A program made the position numbers and the translations under genes. A stretch of 63,571 bases of DNA, the filler included, from Collodictyon triciliatum (Eukaryota), in assembly GCA_043381765.1 (NCBI GenBank). It is 5 parts of 5 records of this genome, joined end to end, with 100 filler letters (N's around TTAATTAATTAA, not from the genome) between each part and the next. Parts side by side here need not be neighbours in the genome. Positions count along the whole stretch, not along the records: positions 20,347 to 32,238 come from JBHJMP010000177.1; positions 32,339 to 55,147 come from JBHJMP010000178.1; 3 more parts are not named here. One strand, given 5' to 3'. Every line of letters starts with the position of its first letter. The first letter of the stretch is position 1. Shown here piece after piece: positions 23,401 through 37,260 of the stretch. Below the pieces are notes generated by a model. It worked only from the letters and a program-made list of their open reading frames with translations. It made no database searches and had not been told where the DNA came from.

Positions 23401-26055
23401 CAGGCATTCAATACGTTACAAACCCTGTTCAAAAGCCGAGAAAGTAGAATTCATCATTTTTTCCCCCCTTATTGCTATGGCATTTGATTTTTTTTTTCCC
23501 CAGACAATCAGATAGCATTAGTCTAGACGTTTTTTTTCCCCCTTTTTTTCCCTTTTAGTTTACAAAGAACTAAGTTTATAGATTCTCCATAGCTCTCCTC
23601 TATTTACCTCTCTCATTATTGTGTTTGATGTTCTTATTTAGAGATTCTACCAGACGGACCACCCGGCTTACCCAGAAATCGTATTCAATTACCTTCGCTT
23701 CTAAACCTTCGCATTCATTATAGCCATTCACCACCTAAGAGTGCCCTGACTCATGGTTTATGGAACAAGAAGAATTTATTTCAATTTTTCGGTATAATCT
23801 GACAAAGTAATATAAAATATACCTTCTAGCTAGTTACGAGCGAATGCGAGGAAACATGCCCACTCTATTTTCGAGGTCATTGGAAAATGAGGGACCGGCC
23901 CGTTATTACTCCTCATCTTCGTCCATTCATGAGTCTGTGAATAGACCGTTTGCAACACAACCATCACAAACGTCACAGACGATTCTTAAGGAGTTAAAGC
24001 AACCCCAAAATGAAAATGAAGGGAATGTAAGGGAGACGAAAGAAACCCCAACAGCTACTCAGAACGTGAATCGAGCCCAATATGACGAATTGGAAGCACA
24101 ATCTACATCTCTCCGTTCAGAAATCAAAACACTTTCCGAATCCTTTGCACAGGAAAAGGCTGCCCTAGAAAAGGAGAACAAGCGACTACTTGAATTGAAT
24201 GCCTCCTCTAAACATGATGCCGAACAGCTTCTCCTTCTCAACAAGTCACTTCAGGAAAAAGTTGATTCCTTGGATGTACAACTGGACATCCTAAAGAGAG
24301 AGACCCAACAGGTGCGAGACGAATGCAAAATCTCGATAGCAGGCATGGAACATCAACTAAAAACCTTGCAAGACACAGTCCACACCTTATCGAACGAAAA
24401 CTCGGGACTTTTGCGCAGGATTCAAGCACAAACAGAAGCACTTGAAGACACCACGAAGGAGAAAGGGCAACTGGAGCTTAGCCAGAGCCAATACACATCA
24501 ACATTGGAGGCATCATTGAGAGAGGCTCAGCAGCAAGTCAAGGATTTACAGGAGGCCTTGACTGCGATGCAGAGACGCGGAGCCGATTGCGAGTCAGAAT
24601 GGAGAGGGCGATTGGATGCAGCGCAAAGAGAGACTGATGCGAAAGCCGCTGCGATTGCCAAGCTGGACGAGAAACTGATTCGCCTTGAGCACCAAAGGAG
24701 CGAGCTTTCCAATGCCCTTCAATCAAAGCAGATGGAGCACAACACGTCGATATCGGCTCTGATACGCCGCATCCAAGACGCGTTGAGCGATGCTGAGCGA
24801 GACTCATCCAGAGCGCAGGTACAAGACACAGCAGGCAACGAGTCGCAAGCAGAGGACATGATCCGGGCAATCCGGCATCTGCACGAGACTCACAAGCAGC
24901 ACAGCGCCCAGGCCAAAGCATACCAGCAACAAAACCACGCACTCAAGCAGCAAATGCTGCAATTCACAAAGGACATCACGGCACTGAAGCAGGCCCTGTC
25001 AAAGACGCCGCAAGGGAAAGGCGCCATGTCGGCGAGCCTCACAGAGCCAAGCAAAGCAAACGCCAACGCGGCCTCTCCAACCTCCTCTGTGTTCCATCTG
25101 CAGAGCAGCAAAGCAGAGTCTGAGCACAGCCGCCTGCTTGCCGAGATTCACGGGCAACTCGAGCGCGTGACAGCACAGCGGAATCAGCTGTGGGAGGCCA
25201 GCGGCTTGGACATGGCCTATGTGGAGCAGGCGGCTGCTGTGTTGGGCGGAAGCGTGGGCCTGGGCGACTGGGCCGCTGTTCTTGACGGGCTGCGTGGGCG
25301 GACGGACGCGGAGCAGAGTCTGCAAGTAGTTGCGGTCGATTCTGTCCGGAAGGCTGCGAGTCAGCTGCGCGAGGCAATCGGCGAGGTGGACGAGCTCAAG
25401 AGCAGGATTCTGGTTCTGTCCTCGCAAGTCCCGCGAGAGCAGCCCGAGCTGAGCCTTGTTCAGGGGCGAGTGTAAGTCGCAGACGCTGATCATAACCCAG
25501 TCCCGCGAGTGGAGTCTGCCGGTTCTCTGTTTCTTTTTTTCTTGTTTATTCCTCGCTTCTGCTTGGGTCTGATGCGAGGGCGTCTTTGTTGCAGGCTGCA
25601 GCCCAAGGACCGGGTCGTGTTCTTTCGGCACAAGCGCTTCTTTGTTGCAGTCAGCCACGGATCTGCGATTCATGTCCTGCATGTTGACTGTGCCCGTGGG
25701 CTGGAGCGCGCTGCCGGGTCGATTGCGACGGTGCTCGGGTCTGTTTTGTGTCCTGCTTCCCTCTCTACGTGCGTCTTCTTATTTTTGCGCAGTGGGGTTC
25801 TGTTTTTTTCTTGTTCTCGGGACTAACGCGATTCGTGGGTGACAGGCAGGAGTTTGTTCTAGGCGAGGTTCTGCTGGTTCAGCGACTGACTGAGCAGAAG
25901 CAGGTTTGTCAGTTCCTTCAAGCAAAACGTTTTTCTGTTCGGCAGACGGATGGGCTAACTTGTTGCCTGTGCTCCAGTTGGAGGCGTGGTCGAGGGAGTT
26001 TCCGCCGACGGTCTCGGAAATCCACGTTGTCACCGCGGTGTTTGCACGGCACTGA
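20456..26055 (+). CDS. ATG11: Autophagy scaffold ATG11/RB1CC1 (FIP200), 5' partial
   Basis: YHLAIMEVVRRREYS...EESMLRDK...PPSVDVKFNQSAFDMELPKI resembles the FIP200 YxLAVVEVVRR...FDxELPxI block. Long coiled-coil exon (23830-25470). Claw-like C-terminus LQPKDRVVFF..FVAVSHGSAIHVLHVDC..EFVLGEVLLV..EIHVVTAVFARH-TGA. Confidence 0.85.
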
Positions 26056-26943
26056 TTCGAGGCGCCCCCTTCAGCGCTTCTCCTTGGCTTGATAAAGGGA
26101 CACATACAAGAGTCGAGTTATTTGTTGAGGCGCGTGTTTATTCATATGCGGTGGGAGTGTCGGCAGGGGCGGAGTGTGGAGCGTGTGACCAACCAACCTG
26201 GGGCTGTGATGTTGTTAGAAGATGGAATACACTTTTTCTGCACGTGGGTTGACTTTTGGGTATTGCGTCAGGTTCTATGGATGGATGTGGTCTTCATCGC
26301 CGTTGGTTCGGCTGCGGTATTGATTCTTTCTTGTTTTTCGTCATTGCAATGCGTGGGTGTGTGAGGCCTTTGGCTCGGAATGTAGGCTCTTACCAGTTCG
26401 TGTCGGTGTGCTGGCGCGTATGGTGGTGGCAGTCTCTGTGTGGCGGCTCCAAGTTGATTTTCAATTTCAATTAGTTTTTCATACAAAATCAAAGGTGGGT
26501 AAGCGCAATTTATAAGAGACTTTTCTCTGCACTAGAACATTGGACAAATAAAATACCAAATATAGATAAAATAATCTATATCTAAATACATATATGAATA
26601 TTATGATAGAATACTCATAGTAAAATTGTCTTATTGGATTTGGTTGTGGTCTTACTATGAGAGCTATTATAGCTAAAAATACCTAAATTGAGCTATAATA
26701 TATGATATTAAATATATGGAATATGTCAATTAAATCTGTATCGGTAACAGTGATTTGTTCGTGCATTGAGTCGCCGCTCTAAAAAGGAGATCCACATTCA
26801 CCCGAAAGATAGTTTCCAGAATAAGATAATAGTATATTTAACTTTGGATGCCTTTAGGTGGAGGTTCGAGTCTGGTGGGTGGACGCAGAGCTTTTTGCAA
26901 CCCTTTCGCTTTTATTACCGCCAGAACGACAATATAACAACAC

Positions 26944-29900
26944 CTACTTTCGCCGTAGGAAACTGAGAGATGGCCAGTTGAATGCAGGCTTCCTAGCATC
27001 TTGTTTTGCTTCGGATTGCTGCATTTCATCAGGGCATTCTTCCGAGCTTATCACAGGCATTTGACTGCGAAAAGGCACGATGCTGACGCCGCTGTCTACA
27101 CTTTGCAGAAGATTCAGGCGCTCCATGAGCCAACGGAAATCCTCAATCGCATTCGAGTTGCATCTATGGCAAGGAGAAAACGGATGAATGATTAGAATGA
27201 GCGAATGAATTGTTTTATCGGAATCGAAAGATAGAAATAGAGAAAAGAAAAATTCATTCAACACAGAGTTTGTCCTTCAAGCCAAAATCATACCCATGCC
27301 AACGAGAGCGTAAGACATCGGTCGTGACCAAGTCACCTTCGTAACACCCGTCTTGAAACAAACTGTAGGCAATATCACCGAACCAATCGGGTCTCAGAAT
27401 GCACAACAAGCGCGATACTGAGCAGAAAGCGGGATAAATCAGAAATATCAATTCAAGAGTGCTTATTTTGAATAATACAGATTTTAGTCAAGGCACATGA
27501 AGTATATTTTATGGAAAACTTTACAATCGTTTGCAATTTCCCCGTTGTCTGAGCGATAGTTTGTGTTTGTTAAAAGAATTTGCCCGGAATCCTCAATTAG
27601 CTTTAGAAGAGCGTATAGGGTATCCAGACTTGCTGAAACACCACACTTGTCAGCCACAATCATCATCGAGGGCAAGTCAAGCACAGGAAATGCAAGTGTG
27701 GAGCCTACACACGAAATTTTAGCTCATGAAAGACACAATTTTAAAAAAAAGTATGTGCATTAATAGTCGTTTGAAAAGGTTCTTTGCGTGTTTCTCTTCT
27801 AAAGATTACAAAAAGAAGCTAAAATAATGACAAAAGCTAGTCATTAGACTATTTTAATTTTATACGCAGTGTAGTTACCAAGATAAGCCAAGTGATTCTC
27901 AAGGTTAATGAACAGAGACGGGAGATTTTCGATGTTCTGAGCTCGTGTCGAAGCAAGATTCGCAATACGGAGGCTAAGTTCTGTGATATTTTAAGTAATG
28001 ATTATGATATATACATGAAAGTAACTCTTCCTTCTTTTTTTTTTTTTAAAAAAAAGAAATCAGTGGGAAGGCTTGAGGGGCAATATAAATTATATTCCTA
28101 TGTTATATTAACCCAGAATCCACAGCGACTAGATTTCGCCATTCGTAAATTCAGACAAGCAGCTTGTCACAAAAAAATAGTGGATCATACCTGGAATGCC
28201 TATCATGGTCTTGTTGCTGGCGTATACAGAGCCGGACATATTGATTGATGAGAATTCTTCCTGAGGAAAACGACAATAATAAAAAATAAAAAAGAGGCAA
28301 ATGTAACAGAAAAATTGCGCCCTATCAATTGTTTACATGCAACTCGTTTATACAGAAATCTCGTAACCTGGCACTATTTCTACACCCGCACAAAGTGAAA
28401 TTACCTGCAGATGGAAAAAATCCAACATCGGCGCAGAGGCACCTGCTGTTGTCCGGCTTCGAGCATTCTCCATTTCGTCAAAAAATGTACCGACCAACAA
28501 AACAGATGACTGAACGGAGGAGCGTTCGATGATATCCAACCAATAGCCGATGTACATCTCAGTTTCGGTACGGAGGCTTTCATCGTACGATGCTATAGCA
28601 TTCCACAGCACGATGAATATGCAGCGACTCTTTATAAACATCGAATGCACCAATTCCATTTCCTCTTTTCCGTGAATCTCCCATGCAGTGACCGAACAAT
28701 ACTCTGCATCATCACCCAACTTCTCACCCCCTACCCTCGGTCCTTGATTTCTGGCTTTTGGTAGCACGGGCAAATAGAATCTAGAAACAGGGATACCTTT
28801 TGCTGACTGTTCAGAAGAAAAAATAGCACCAGAAGTAGAAACTTTGGAAATATTTTGGTTGATTACTCCATCACAATCCATGATAGATTTGATTAGGGAT
28901 GTTTTGCCAGAACCAGGCGGTCCGACGACCAGCAGTTTGATGCGTTTTGGTGTGGCAATTTGGAGTCCGTAGCCTTCAGGTATCTTATAGCCTTTCTCTA
29001 AACTCGGGATTGGGTACCGAACCTTTACTAGGGTTTCTCCAATCTTTGCCCTCTGCGACACCTCTGCACAAGCCGACAACAGACGGCTGGTTTCGAGGCT
29101 TACTGACCGACCACGCCGAGGTGCTTGGGTGGGTATTTGAACATTTGGTATACTGAGCGACTGTTGATAAATTATATATGTTAGCTTCGTACTCATCTTG
29201 CATAAATTGAAAGGAATAATAATAAAGGGCTGTAATGACTTGTTCATCAGAAACTCTCTCTAGTGACAGCTGAACGGATTATTCAAAATGAATTCACGAA
29301 CCACTAGCTGTCCCCATCCTATCTTCAAGTATGGAGGCGAAATCAAATCGGTATTTGAGCGCAGGTCGATGCTCCGCAGATTCAGAAGACTTGAGAATGA
29401 TACAGGCAGGGCTAGATGAGGAGTTCTGTCAATCGACGATAACGCAGAATCCATTTTTTTTTTAAAAAAAAACTGGACTATAAAAATATCAGCAAAGGAT
29501 TATGAGCATTCGAGTCAGTATATAGACCTCTGATGAAGTTATGTTGGGCTCTTAAATCAGCAAGATTAACAAGGAAGCCGATGTTGATAGGTAAACCTGA
29601 TTGTATCAGTATTAAGGTATTTATACTTTTCTTTCTCTCTTCATTTTTTTTTTATCAAATGTAAAAATAGATAAAATGAAAAAGGTTAGGAATAAGTCGT
29701 TTGTCTATAGATAAGTTGCCCACTCGAAATGCTGTTGAACGATATATCAAAAAACTGCAAGAGCGAAAGATTGCCAAAAATATCAGGAAGCACTAAAGGA
29801 AAATAAATAATTTAGTTAATTAATTGCTCTACGTATATACTAACGAAGCAAATTGCATGATAATTAATTTTTTTATAGCAATCATCATGAATGTGATTTT

Positions 29901-32067
29901 CATAATAATTACTACTTGATATCATATTTTTGCCGATGTTCAAATGAGTCAGACGAGTTATCGAAGCTATAAGAGCTGCATCTATAACGTAGAAGTTTTA
30001 AGTCAGTGTCTAGCTACATCCTATTGAAGTCGCATAGCGTAAATATTATATCATGGAAAGAAAAACCTTTTATTCTATTTCCCCACAAATTGAAGTGCTC
30101 CAAGCAACGCAAGCGAGATACTTCTTCCGGAATCGCTTGATGGATCGAAGATGGGTTAGAAACAGGTACATACATTCATGCCCGAATATCACCAAATGAT
30201 TGTAATCTCTGAACAAACTAAAATACAAAGAAAGAAAAAGAGAAAGAAAAAGAGAAAGAAAAAGAGAAAGAAAAAGAGAAAGAAAAAGAGAAAGAAAAAG
30301 AGAAAGAAAAAGAGAAAGAAAAAGGAGAAAAAAGAGAAAAAAGGAGAAAAAAGAGAAAAAAGGAGAAAAAAGGAGAAAAAAGGAGAAAAAAGGAGAAAAG
30401 AGAAAAAAGAGAAAAAAGAGAAAAAAGAGAAAAAAGAGAAAAAAGAGAAAAAAGGAGAAAAGAGAAAAAAGAGAAAAAAGAGAAAAAAGAGAAAAAAGAG
30501 AAAAAAGAGAAAAAAGAGAAAAAAGAGAAAAAAGAGAAAAAAGAGAAAAAAGAGAAAAAAGAGAAAAAAGGAGAAAAAAGGAGAAAAAAGAATTGATAGT
30601 AGTAATCATAAATACATGTGATTTTATTGTTCGAGAACTCTAGCTTAGTCACTTGCGATAGACAACTGATTTCCGGAGGAATGTCTTTGTTATTATGCGT
30701 GAGTTAATTTTTCTTATGGTAATGCAGAAAAAATAATTACATAAAATTAATTACAGATTTTAGCATAAGGATATTAAGATAAAAAGGGCAATATCACTTC
30801 AAAACACAGTCATTTGTGATTTCACTGTCTATCATGTCATTACACGTCAGGTCATTGGAGTCCATGTCCAATACGACGAGATGCCGGAGTCTCATTAGCC
30901 TCTGAGGAATCTCTGTTGTTGGTTCACACACAATGAGAGAATTGATCAGTTTGTATCACAGAGGGAAAGATGGAATAAAAAAAAAANNNNNNNNNNNNNN
31001 NNNNNNNNNNNNNNNNNNNNNNNNNNNNNNNNNNNNNNNNNNNNNNNNNNNNNNNNNNNNNNNNNNNNNNNNNNNNNNNNNNNNNNNNNNNNNNNNNNNN
31101 NNNNNNNNNNNNNNNNNNNNNNNNNNNNNNNNNNNNNNNNNNNNNNNNNNNNNNNNNNNNNNNNNNNNNNNNNNNNNNNNNNNNNNNNNNNNNNNNNNNN
31201 NNNNNNNNNNNNNNATATATATATATATCTAAACTTATACAAGTACCAGCGAGCTTGTTCAAAGCCAGATAAACACCAAAGCAACAGTCCTCCACAGAGG
31301 CCACTGCAGACTGCACCATCTGCAATGTCGCATCCTTGCCCACCAAATCCACCCACACACCTTCGGACTTGACCTCGTCATGCAGCAGAGCCTTTTCCTT
31401 CGGGCCAGACTGAGCCGTGGGACTCGAGACAAGAGCAGCCAAAGAGCCAAACTGCCCCGATCCGGGCCTCTGCAGCGGCGACTGTATCTTTGGCGCAGTC
31501 CTCTGGGCCGTGGGGCTGCCTCCAAACGGGCTGTACGAAGGCAGAAGCAAACTCGGATGCACATGGCCCGCTGAGCTTTTGCCCGAAACCGCGGCGTCGG
31601 CCGAGAAGGCTGCTGTGTTGTTTGCCGGTGGCGACTGAGGCCCAGTCTGATTCGGGGAGGCCGTTGAGCCTGCCGAGTCCGTGGGCGTTTGGTTGAGCAG
31701 CCTGGAGACGAGATTCGGCGAGGGAGGCCGGAATCCGCGTCGAAAGCTGCTGCTGCTGCTGCTGCTGCTTGAGAGGCTTTGAGGATTTGTGGGTGGGCCT
31801 GCTTGTGAATTGCTTACTTGGACGATCGCTACAGACTCGCGGCGCTTTGATGCGTGTGGGGTTTGTGCTTCTGGAAGCGCCGTGTTTGGGGCGATCTCGT
31901 CGGTTGGCGAGAACGCTTTTGTTTGCGGTGGAAGCATCTGTGTGCAGCCTTTGCTTATTGGTTTAATGGTTGGTTATGTGGTTTCGAGCATGGTTTGTTT
32001 TAGGGTTTCAGTTCTTTGTGTGGGTCTTGTCATTCGAGTGGGAGTATCCTCGGGTTTTGACGTGTCT
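26944..32067 (-). CDS. LRR-Roc-COR (ROCO) protein, 5' partial
   Basis: LRR exons at 29260-30930 (LPDIFGNLSLLQFFDISFN, LVNLADLRAQHNFI, LLNLRSIDLRSNTDLISPP). Roc exon IKLLVVGPPGSGKTSLI...VTAWEIHG...HSMFIKSRCIFIVLWN...YWLDII...LLVGTFFD. COR-like ILRPDWF and LMERLNL. Confidence 0.85.
29185..29226 (+). mobile_element. Diverged family B-like insertion, intronic
   Basis: cttcgtactcatcttgcataaattgaaaggaataataataaa resembles family B; no clear TSD. Confidence 0.4.
30228..30590. repeat. Purine-rich compound microsatellite, intronic
   Basis: Tandem A/G-only units of 9-12 bp. Confidence 0.9.
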
Positions 32068-32172
32068 CTGCCAGCAATAATAATAATAAAATAAAAAAAC
32101 AAGGTGAAAAGGACAAATGTAAAAATATTTTCCAGATTCGCAAGACTTTATATGGCATCGATACGGAGATGG

Positions 32173-32214
<42 letters not shown>

Positions 32215-32238
32215 TTTTTTCGTTTTTTTTTTTTGGTT

Positions 32239-32338
32239 NNNNNNNNNNNNNNNNNNNNNNNNNNNNNNNNNNNNNNNNNNNNTTAATTAATTAANNNNNN
32301 NNNNNNNNNNNNNNNNNNNNNNNNNNNNNNNNNNNNNN
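32239..32338. other. Artificial contig linker
   Basis: TTAATTAATTAA at 32283-32294 within N. Confidence 0.95.
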
Positions 32339-32594
32339 CCTTCCTTCCTTCCTTCCTTCCTTCCTTCCTTCCTTCCTTCCTTCCTTCCTTCCTTCCTTCC
32401 TTCCTTCCTTCCTTCCTTCCTTCCTTCCTTCCTTCTCAGTATGTGGTGGTGCTCATTTTATTCTATTAATGACTTCAATTTTCGCTTTTCTTTCTTTTAA
32501 GTATTTCATTTTCAAACAGATACCCAGCAATATTCGAATAGAACTTAGGAGAACATAAGCCCACTTACTTCTTCATTTTCCCCATTCGCTGTAG

Positions 32595-33179
32595 GTGCTT
32601 TTCTGGTGCATGCTGTGGAATGGTTTATGAAAGCCTTTCTTCTGCAATCAGAGCTCAAGCCAGATAGAAGTATGAACATATCTATTCACGCATCAAATTC
32701 CTCAGATATTAGAGCATACTTAAAACAATATTCACAAAACCAGACAAGTATTTAAGCGAAGAAATATGCCGTAAAATGGCACCGTTTTGGGACTGTCTGC
32801 ATGGATACAAGCTCCAAAAAATTATAAAATCCACCGTAAACTTCATTCTTTTGTATTTCACCTTTTCTATGTAATTCACGGAATTCTTATTCCTATACAC
32901 ATCTATATCTAATTTGCTTTTAAAAAAATTAATTTTTTATATACCAGAACGAAATCGTACATGATACCAAATATCCTGAGTTGTCAATCCCGAACGCTAC
33001 ATACGCTCAACATCTTTATATGTAAGCCTTTTGTCCTTGTACCATGGAAAATACTATCACATGAGCTTGTTTGCATGGCTTGAAATTCTTTCTATGTTTA
33101 TTTTACCTCATTTTCCCCCTCAGAATTTTTGAGGAGAATGTAGATGCTACCAACTCATCCTTTCGAGATGAATTGCTTT
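32595..33179 (+). CDS. Partial hypothetical multi-exon gene
   Basis: Short exon-like segments with GT/AG boundaries (DKYLSEEICRKMAPFWDCLHGYKLQKIIKST; NEIVHDTKYPELSIPNATYAQHLY; IFEENVDATNSSFRDELL) run into a gap. Confidence 0.35.
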
Positions 33180-34184
33180 NNNNNNNNNNNNNNNNNNNNN
33201 NNNNNNNNNNNNNNNNNNNNNNNNNNNNNNNNNNNNNNNNNNNNNNNNNNNNNNNNNNNNNNNNNNNNNNNNNNNNNNNNNNNNNNNNNNNNNNNNNNNN
33301 NNNNNNNNNNNNNNNNNNNNNNNNNNNNNNNNNNNNNNNNNNNNNNNNNNNNNNNNNNNNNNNNNNNNNNNNNNNNNNNNNNNNNNNNNNNNNNNNNNNN
33401 NNNNNNNNNNNNNNNNNNNNNNNNNNNNNNNNNNNNNNNNNNNNNNNNNNNNNNNNNNNNNNNNNNNNNNNNNNNNNNNNNNNNNNNNNNNNNNNNNNNN
33501 NNNNNNNNNNNNNNNNNNNNNNNNNNNNNNNNNNNNNNNNNNNNNNNNNNNNNNNNNNNNNNNNNNNNNNNNNNNNNNNNNNNNNNNNNNNNNNNNNNNN
33601 NNNNNNNNNNNNNNNNNNNNNNNNNNNNNNNNNNNNNNNNNNNNNNNNNNNNNNNNNNNNNNNNNNNNNNNNNNNNNNNNNNNNNNNNNNNNNNNNNNNN
33701 NNNNNNNNNNNNNNNNNNNNNNNNNNNNNNNNNNNNNNNNNNNNNNNNNNNNNNNNNNNNNNNNNNNNNNNNNNNNNNNNNNNNNNNNNNNNNNNNNNNN
33801 NNNNNNNNNNNNNNNNNNNNNNNNNNNNNNNNNNNNNNNNNNNNNNNNNNNNNNNNNNNNNNNNNNNNNNNNNNNNNNNNNNNNNNNNNNNNNNNNNNNN
33901 NNNNNNNNNNNNNNNNNNNNNNNNNNNNNNNNNNNNNNNNNNNNNNNNNNNNNNNNNNNNNNNNNNNNNNNNNNNNNNNNNNNNNNNNNNNNNNNNNNNN
34001 NNNNNNNNNNNNNNNNNNNNNNNNNNNNNNNNNNNNNNNNNNNNNNNNNNNNNNNNNNAAAAAAAAAAAACTTTAATTATTCACCCTGGTCAAAGAAGGC
34101 ATACCAGCTAAATCCTTCTTTCACGGATTCTCATGTGCGTTTGTTTAAGAATCATGTTTAAGAATCATGTTTATTTTGAATCAG

Positions 34185-37100
34185 GGAAACTATACTATGT
34201 GTGTGTTCGCACTGTACCTCGCTCCACTGGCCAATCTGTGTTCTTTTCAATGGACCATGAGCTTACATATATGCGCTTTTTCAATGACTTTGGCCCGCTG
34301 AATCTCGGTCAAACTTATCGTTTTTGTGTTACATTACACCATAAGATTAAAGTATATTTCTTTCGAATAACTTTGCAATCAAAGGGCCACAGATAATTAG
34401 ATACGATTCTTAAGTCCAAGTTGCAATTGCATTCAAATAGAGTTGAATCATAAAGCATCTGATTGATTTTCATGCAAAGGAAGCAGGTGGCAAGCCCTTG
34501 TACTACTATACCGGCCACGAACCACAAAGACGTGCAAACATCGCGTGTCTCATTAGCATTTATTTGGTGAGTTTTTTTCATATTTGATTTCTTCATGGCA
34601 TAGTAAAATCTTATTGCCATCCTATACTCAATATATCCAACAATAGATATATTTGACTCAGAATTTCTTCTCTTTTTTTCTTTTTCCTTTTAATACTTTG
34701 AGCAGGTCCTCGCACTAGATTATGAACCTGAGGATGCTTTTGCGCCTTTTATGAAAGCACATGCAACTTTTGTCCCCTTTCGTGACGCATCGATGAATCC
34801 GTCCACTTTCAACCTCACCATCATTGATTGTTTGCGAGCTGTTGCAAAAGCAAAGCGAAATGGATGGATAACTATGACATCCTTCAATCTTCAAGAGTGA
34901 GTGGGCTTTATGATTATAACGATTACGACCCCTTGACAAAAAGTGTGAATGAGGATTAGTGTAAAATTGTATTTGAATAAAGAGTGATCTACAAAAACCA
35001 AATAAAAATAATCCTGAATACATTAACATACCTTAAGGTTTGAGTACTATGAAAAAATGGAAAATGGAGACATGAGCTGGGTGCTCCCAGGCAAGTTCCT
35101 GGCGTTCAGTGGCCCTCAAGCGATGTCCTCAAAAGCAGCATTTCGAACACATCCACCTGGTTTTTAAATATTGATTGTTCTTTCATTTTTGTGGAGATTT
35201 TTTTGTCCATACAATCACATGAGGCTCTATCTATGTCAATATTCGTAAAGAAGCTAGGAATTCATATTATGTCTCCTTTCTCTAGAATTTTATGTTCCAA
35301 GCTTCAAGAAGCTCGGTGTTAACACCGTCATCAGATTGAATAACAAATGCTACGATAGAAAGAAGTTCACAGATTCGGGTATACTCTAAAACTCGATGAA
35401 TTCACTATTTCACAACTGCATTTAAATTATATTTTCAAGCCCATACTTCTTAGTAGACTAATAATATAATACAGGAATATCACACTACGACTTATACTTT
35501 CCAGACGGTAGCACCCCGAGTGATAGTATCCTGGCTCGCTTTTTAGAAATAGCTGAGAAGGATATGGGTAACTGTCTTCATCTTTTGAATCTGTCATGTC
35601 CCCTGATTTCCCTTTATTCTATCGTTTTTTATATTTTAGATTTGAGTATATATTTTTTTCCTTTATTCGATATATTAGATTTGAGTATATGAATATTGCA
35701 TGAAATTAGGGGGGATAGCCGTGCATTGCAAAGCTGGCCTTGGTAGAACAGGAACATTGATTGCGTGCTATATAATGAAGCACTATCGTTTTACAGCCCA
35801 TGTAATCCTTTCATACTTGAATATGTCCAAGTCGTATTGTTCATGATATAAATTGAAGAAGCCCCCTCATATTGTCCATCTTATAACTAACCTTTTGGTG
35901 TGCAATTATGACTCATTTTTGTGTATTGTACCAAATGATACAGGAAGCAATCGGATGGCTACGGTTGTGTCGCCCGGGAAGCATAATTGGTCCACAGCAA
36001 CATTTTTTGCAAGGGTATTGTAATTTTTGCCTCTTATATATCTCGTAGTGCTCCCTTTAAGTTTGCACCAAATTGAAAATCGCATGGTGTTTTCCTATAT
36101 TAACTAATATTTAAAAAATACATCCTTCTCAATTCTACACATTCTAAAATATGACATGCACTTTCAATCAGAATGCAAACCAGACTATGGAAAATGGGTA
36201 AGTTGAGACAACATCATATCAAAACCAAAAAGAAGGATAAAATTTTAATGGTTTATTTGTTAGGTGAACTCACAAACCCCGATGTCCTTCCTGGTAAAAT
36301 ATGACCTATATATTGGATAGACTTTGATCATTATTATTTTTACTATTATCTTATGAATTTATTTGTGCTGTCAAATCATTAATTCAATAATCCCCAACCA
36401 CCTTTGTATGTATCTGCAGCGGAGAAAGAAAAGGAAAAATTGGTTAGTAATTTTGGCATGTGGATTTTTTTTTGTGTCTCTCAATTTGTGCTTATTTCTA
36501 TCTCTTTGTCTCTCTTAAGTTCTCAATCTTGTCAACAACAGACCCCTCCTTCATCTGCACTGAACGACGCAGGCAAAAAGCAAAGCAGTCTTACTCAGGT
36601 TCCTGACACATCTGCATTTTTTTGACGTTGTATATGATTTTTCCCCTTTATTCAATTCAAAGAGACTTTGTATATGGTAGTTCATATATGAACAATTCCT
36701 TTTTTCGTAGCTCTTTGATGATTATTCTTTCCTTCCACCATCCGTTTCGAAAAAGTCTTTGTCCTCGTCCATGAACGAATCTCAGATGCCAAAAAGAGGT
36801 ATAATTGTGCATCGCCAAAGTATTCATAGATTATTTCCTATCCACATCTAACTCCTTTTTTAGGACACTTTAATAGTTTTATCAACACAGAATAAAATAA
36901 AGAAACTAATGAACTCATTCTTAGAGCTGACATCACCATTAAGCATCCACAGTTCAACCTCGTGAGTCACAGAAATCTTCTTTTTTTTCTATTTTCATTA
37001 AAAGTATTTGTTATCTCATAAAAAATCGTTTAGATTATCTACAAGTGCAAAGTCGGATTCTCTCCAGTATGATATACGAAGAAGCAAAGAAAACACTGGA

Positions 37101-37260
37101 AATACTGCAGACAGAGTGTAAAAATACATCCTCTTCACAGATATTATTATCCACAGCATATAAATAACTAACAGGGGAAAAATCTAATCATACCTTTTCA
37201 TATGCTAGTCGAATGCCTGTTATTCCAACAAGTCGTGGTAGCTCTCCCTCATCAAAGTAG
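34185..37260 (+). CDS. CDC14: Dual-specificity phosphatase CDC14 (start probably in the gap)
   Basis: [77 protein letters not shown], catalytic [37 protein letters not shown]; Ser-rich C-terminal exons. Confidence 0.97.
35652..35674 (-). mobile_element. Family A mini retro-insertion (23 bp) in a CDC14 intron
   Basis: Insert atttttttcctttattcgatata between perfect copies of ttagatttgagtatat (35636-35651 and 35675-35690). Confidence 0.8.
36637..36663 (-). mobile_element. Family A mini retro-insertion (27 bp) in a CDC14 intron
   Basis: Insert atttttcccctttattcaattcaaaga between gacgttgtatatg (36624-36636) and gactttgtatatg (36664-36676). Confidence 0.75.

Noticed and set aside
24538-26492. Overlapping antisense ORFs in the GC-rich 3' part of ATG11
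   Set aside because: Shadow ORFs expected from high GC content opposite a real coding region.
30070-30652. Long Lys/Arg-, Phe/Ser-, Ile- or VCLF-repeat ORFs (also at 12954, 48285, 49483, 51165, 57479, 58804)
   Set aside because: These are translations of non-coding microsatellites.
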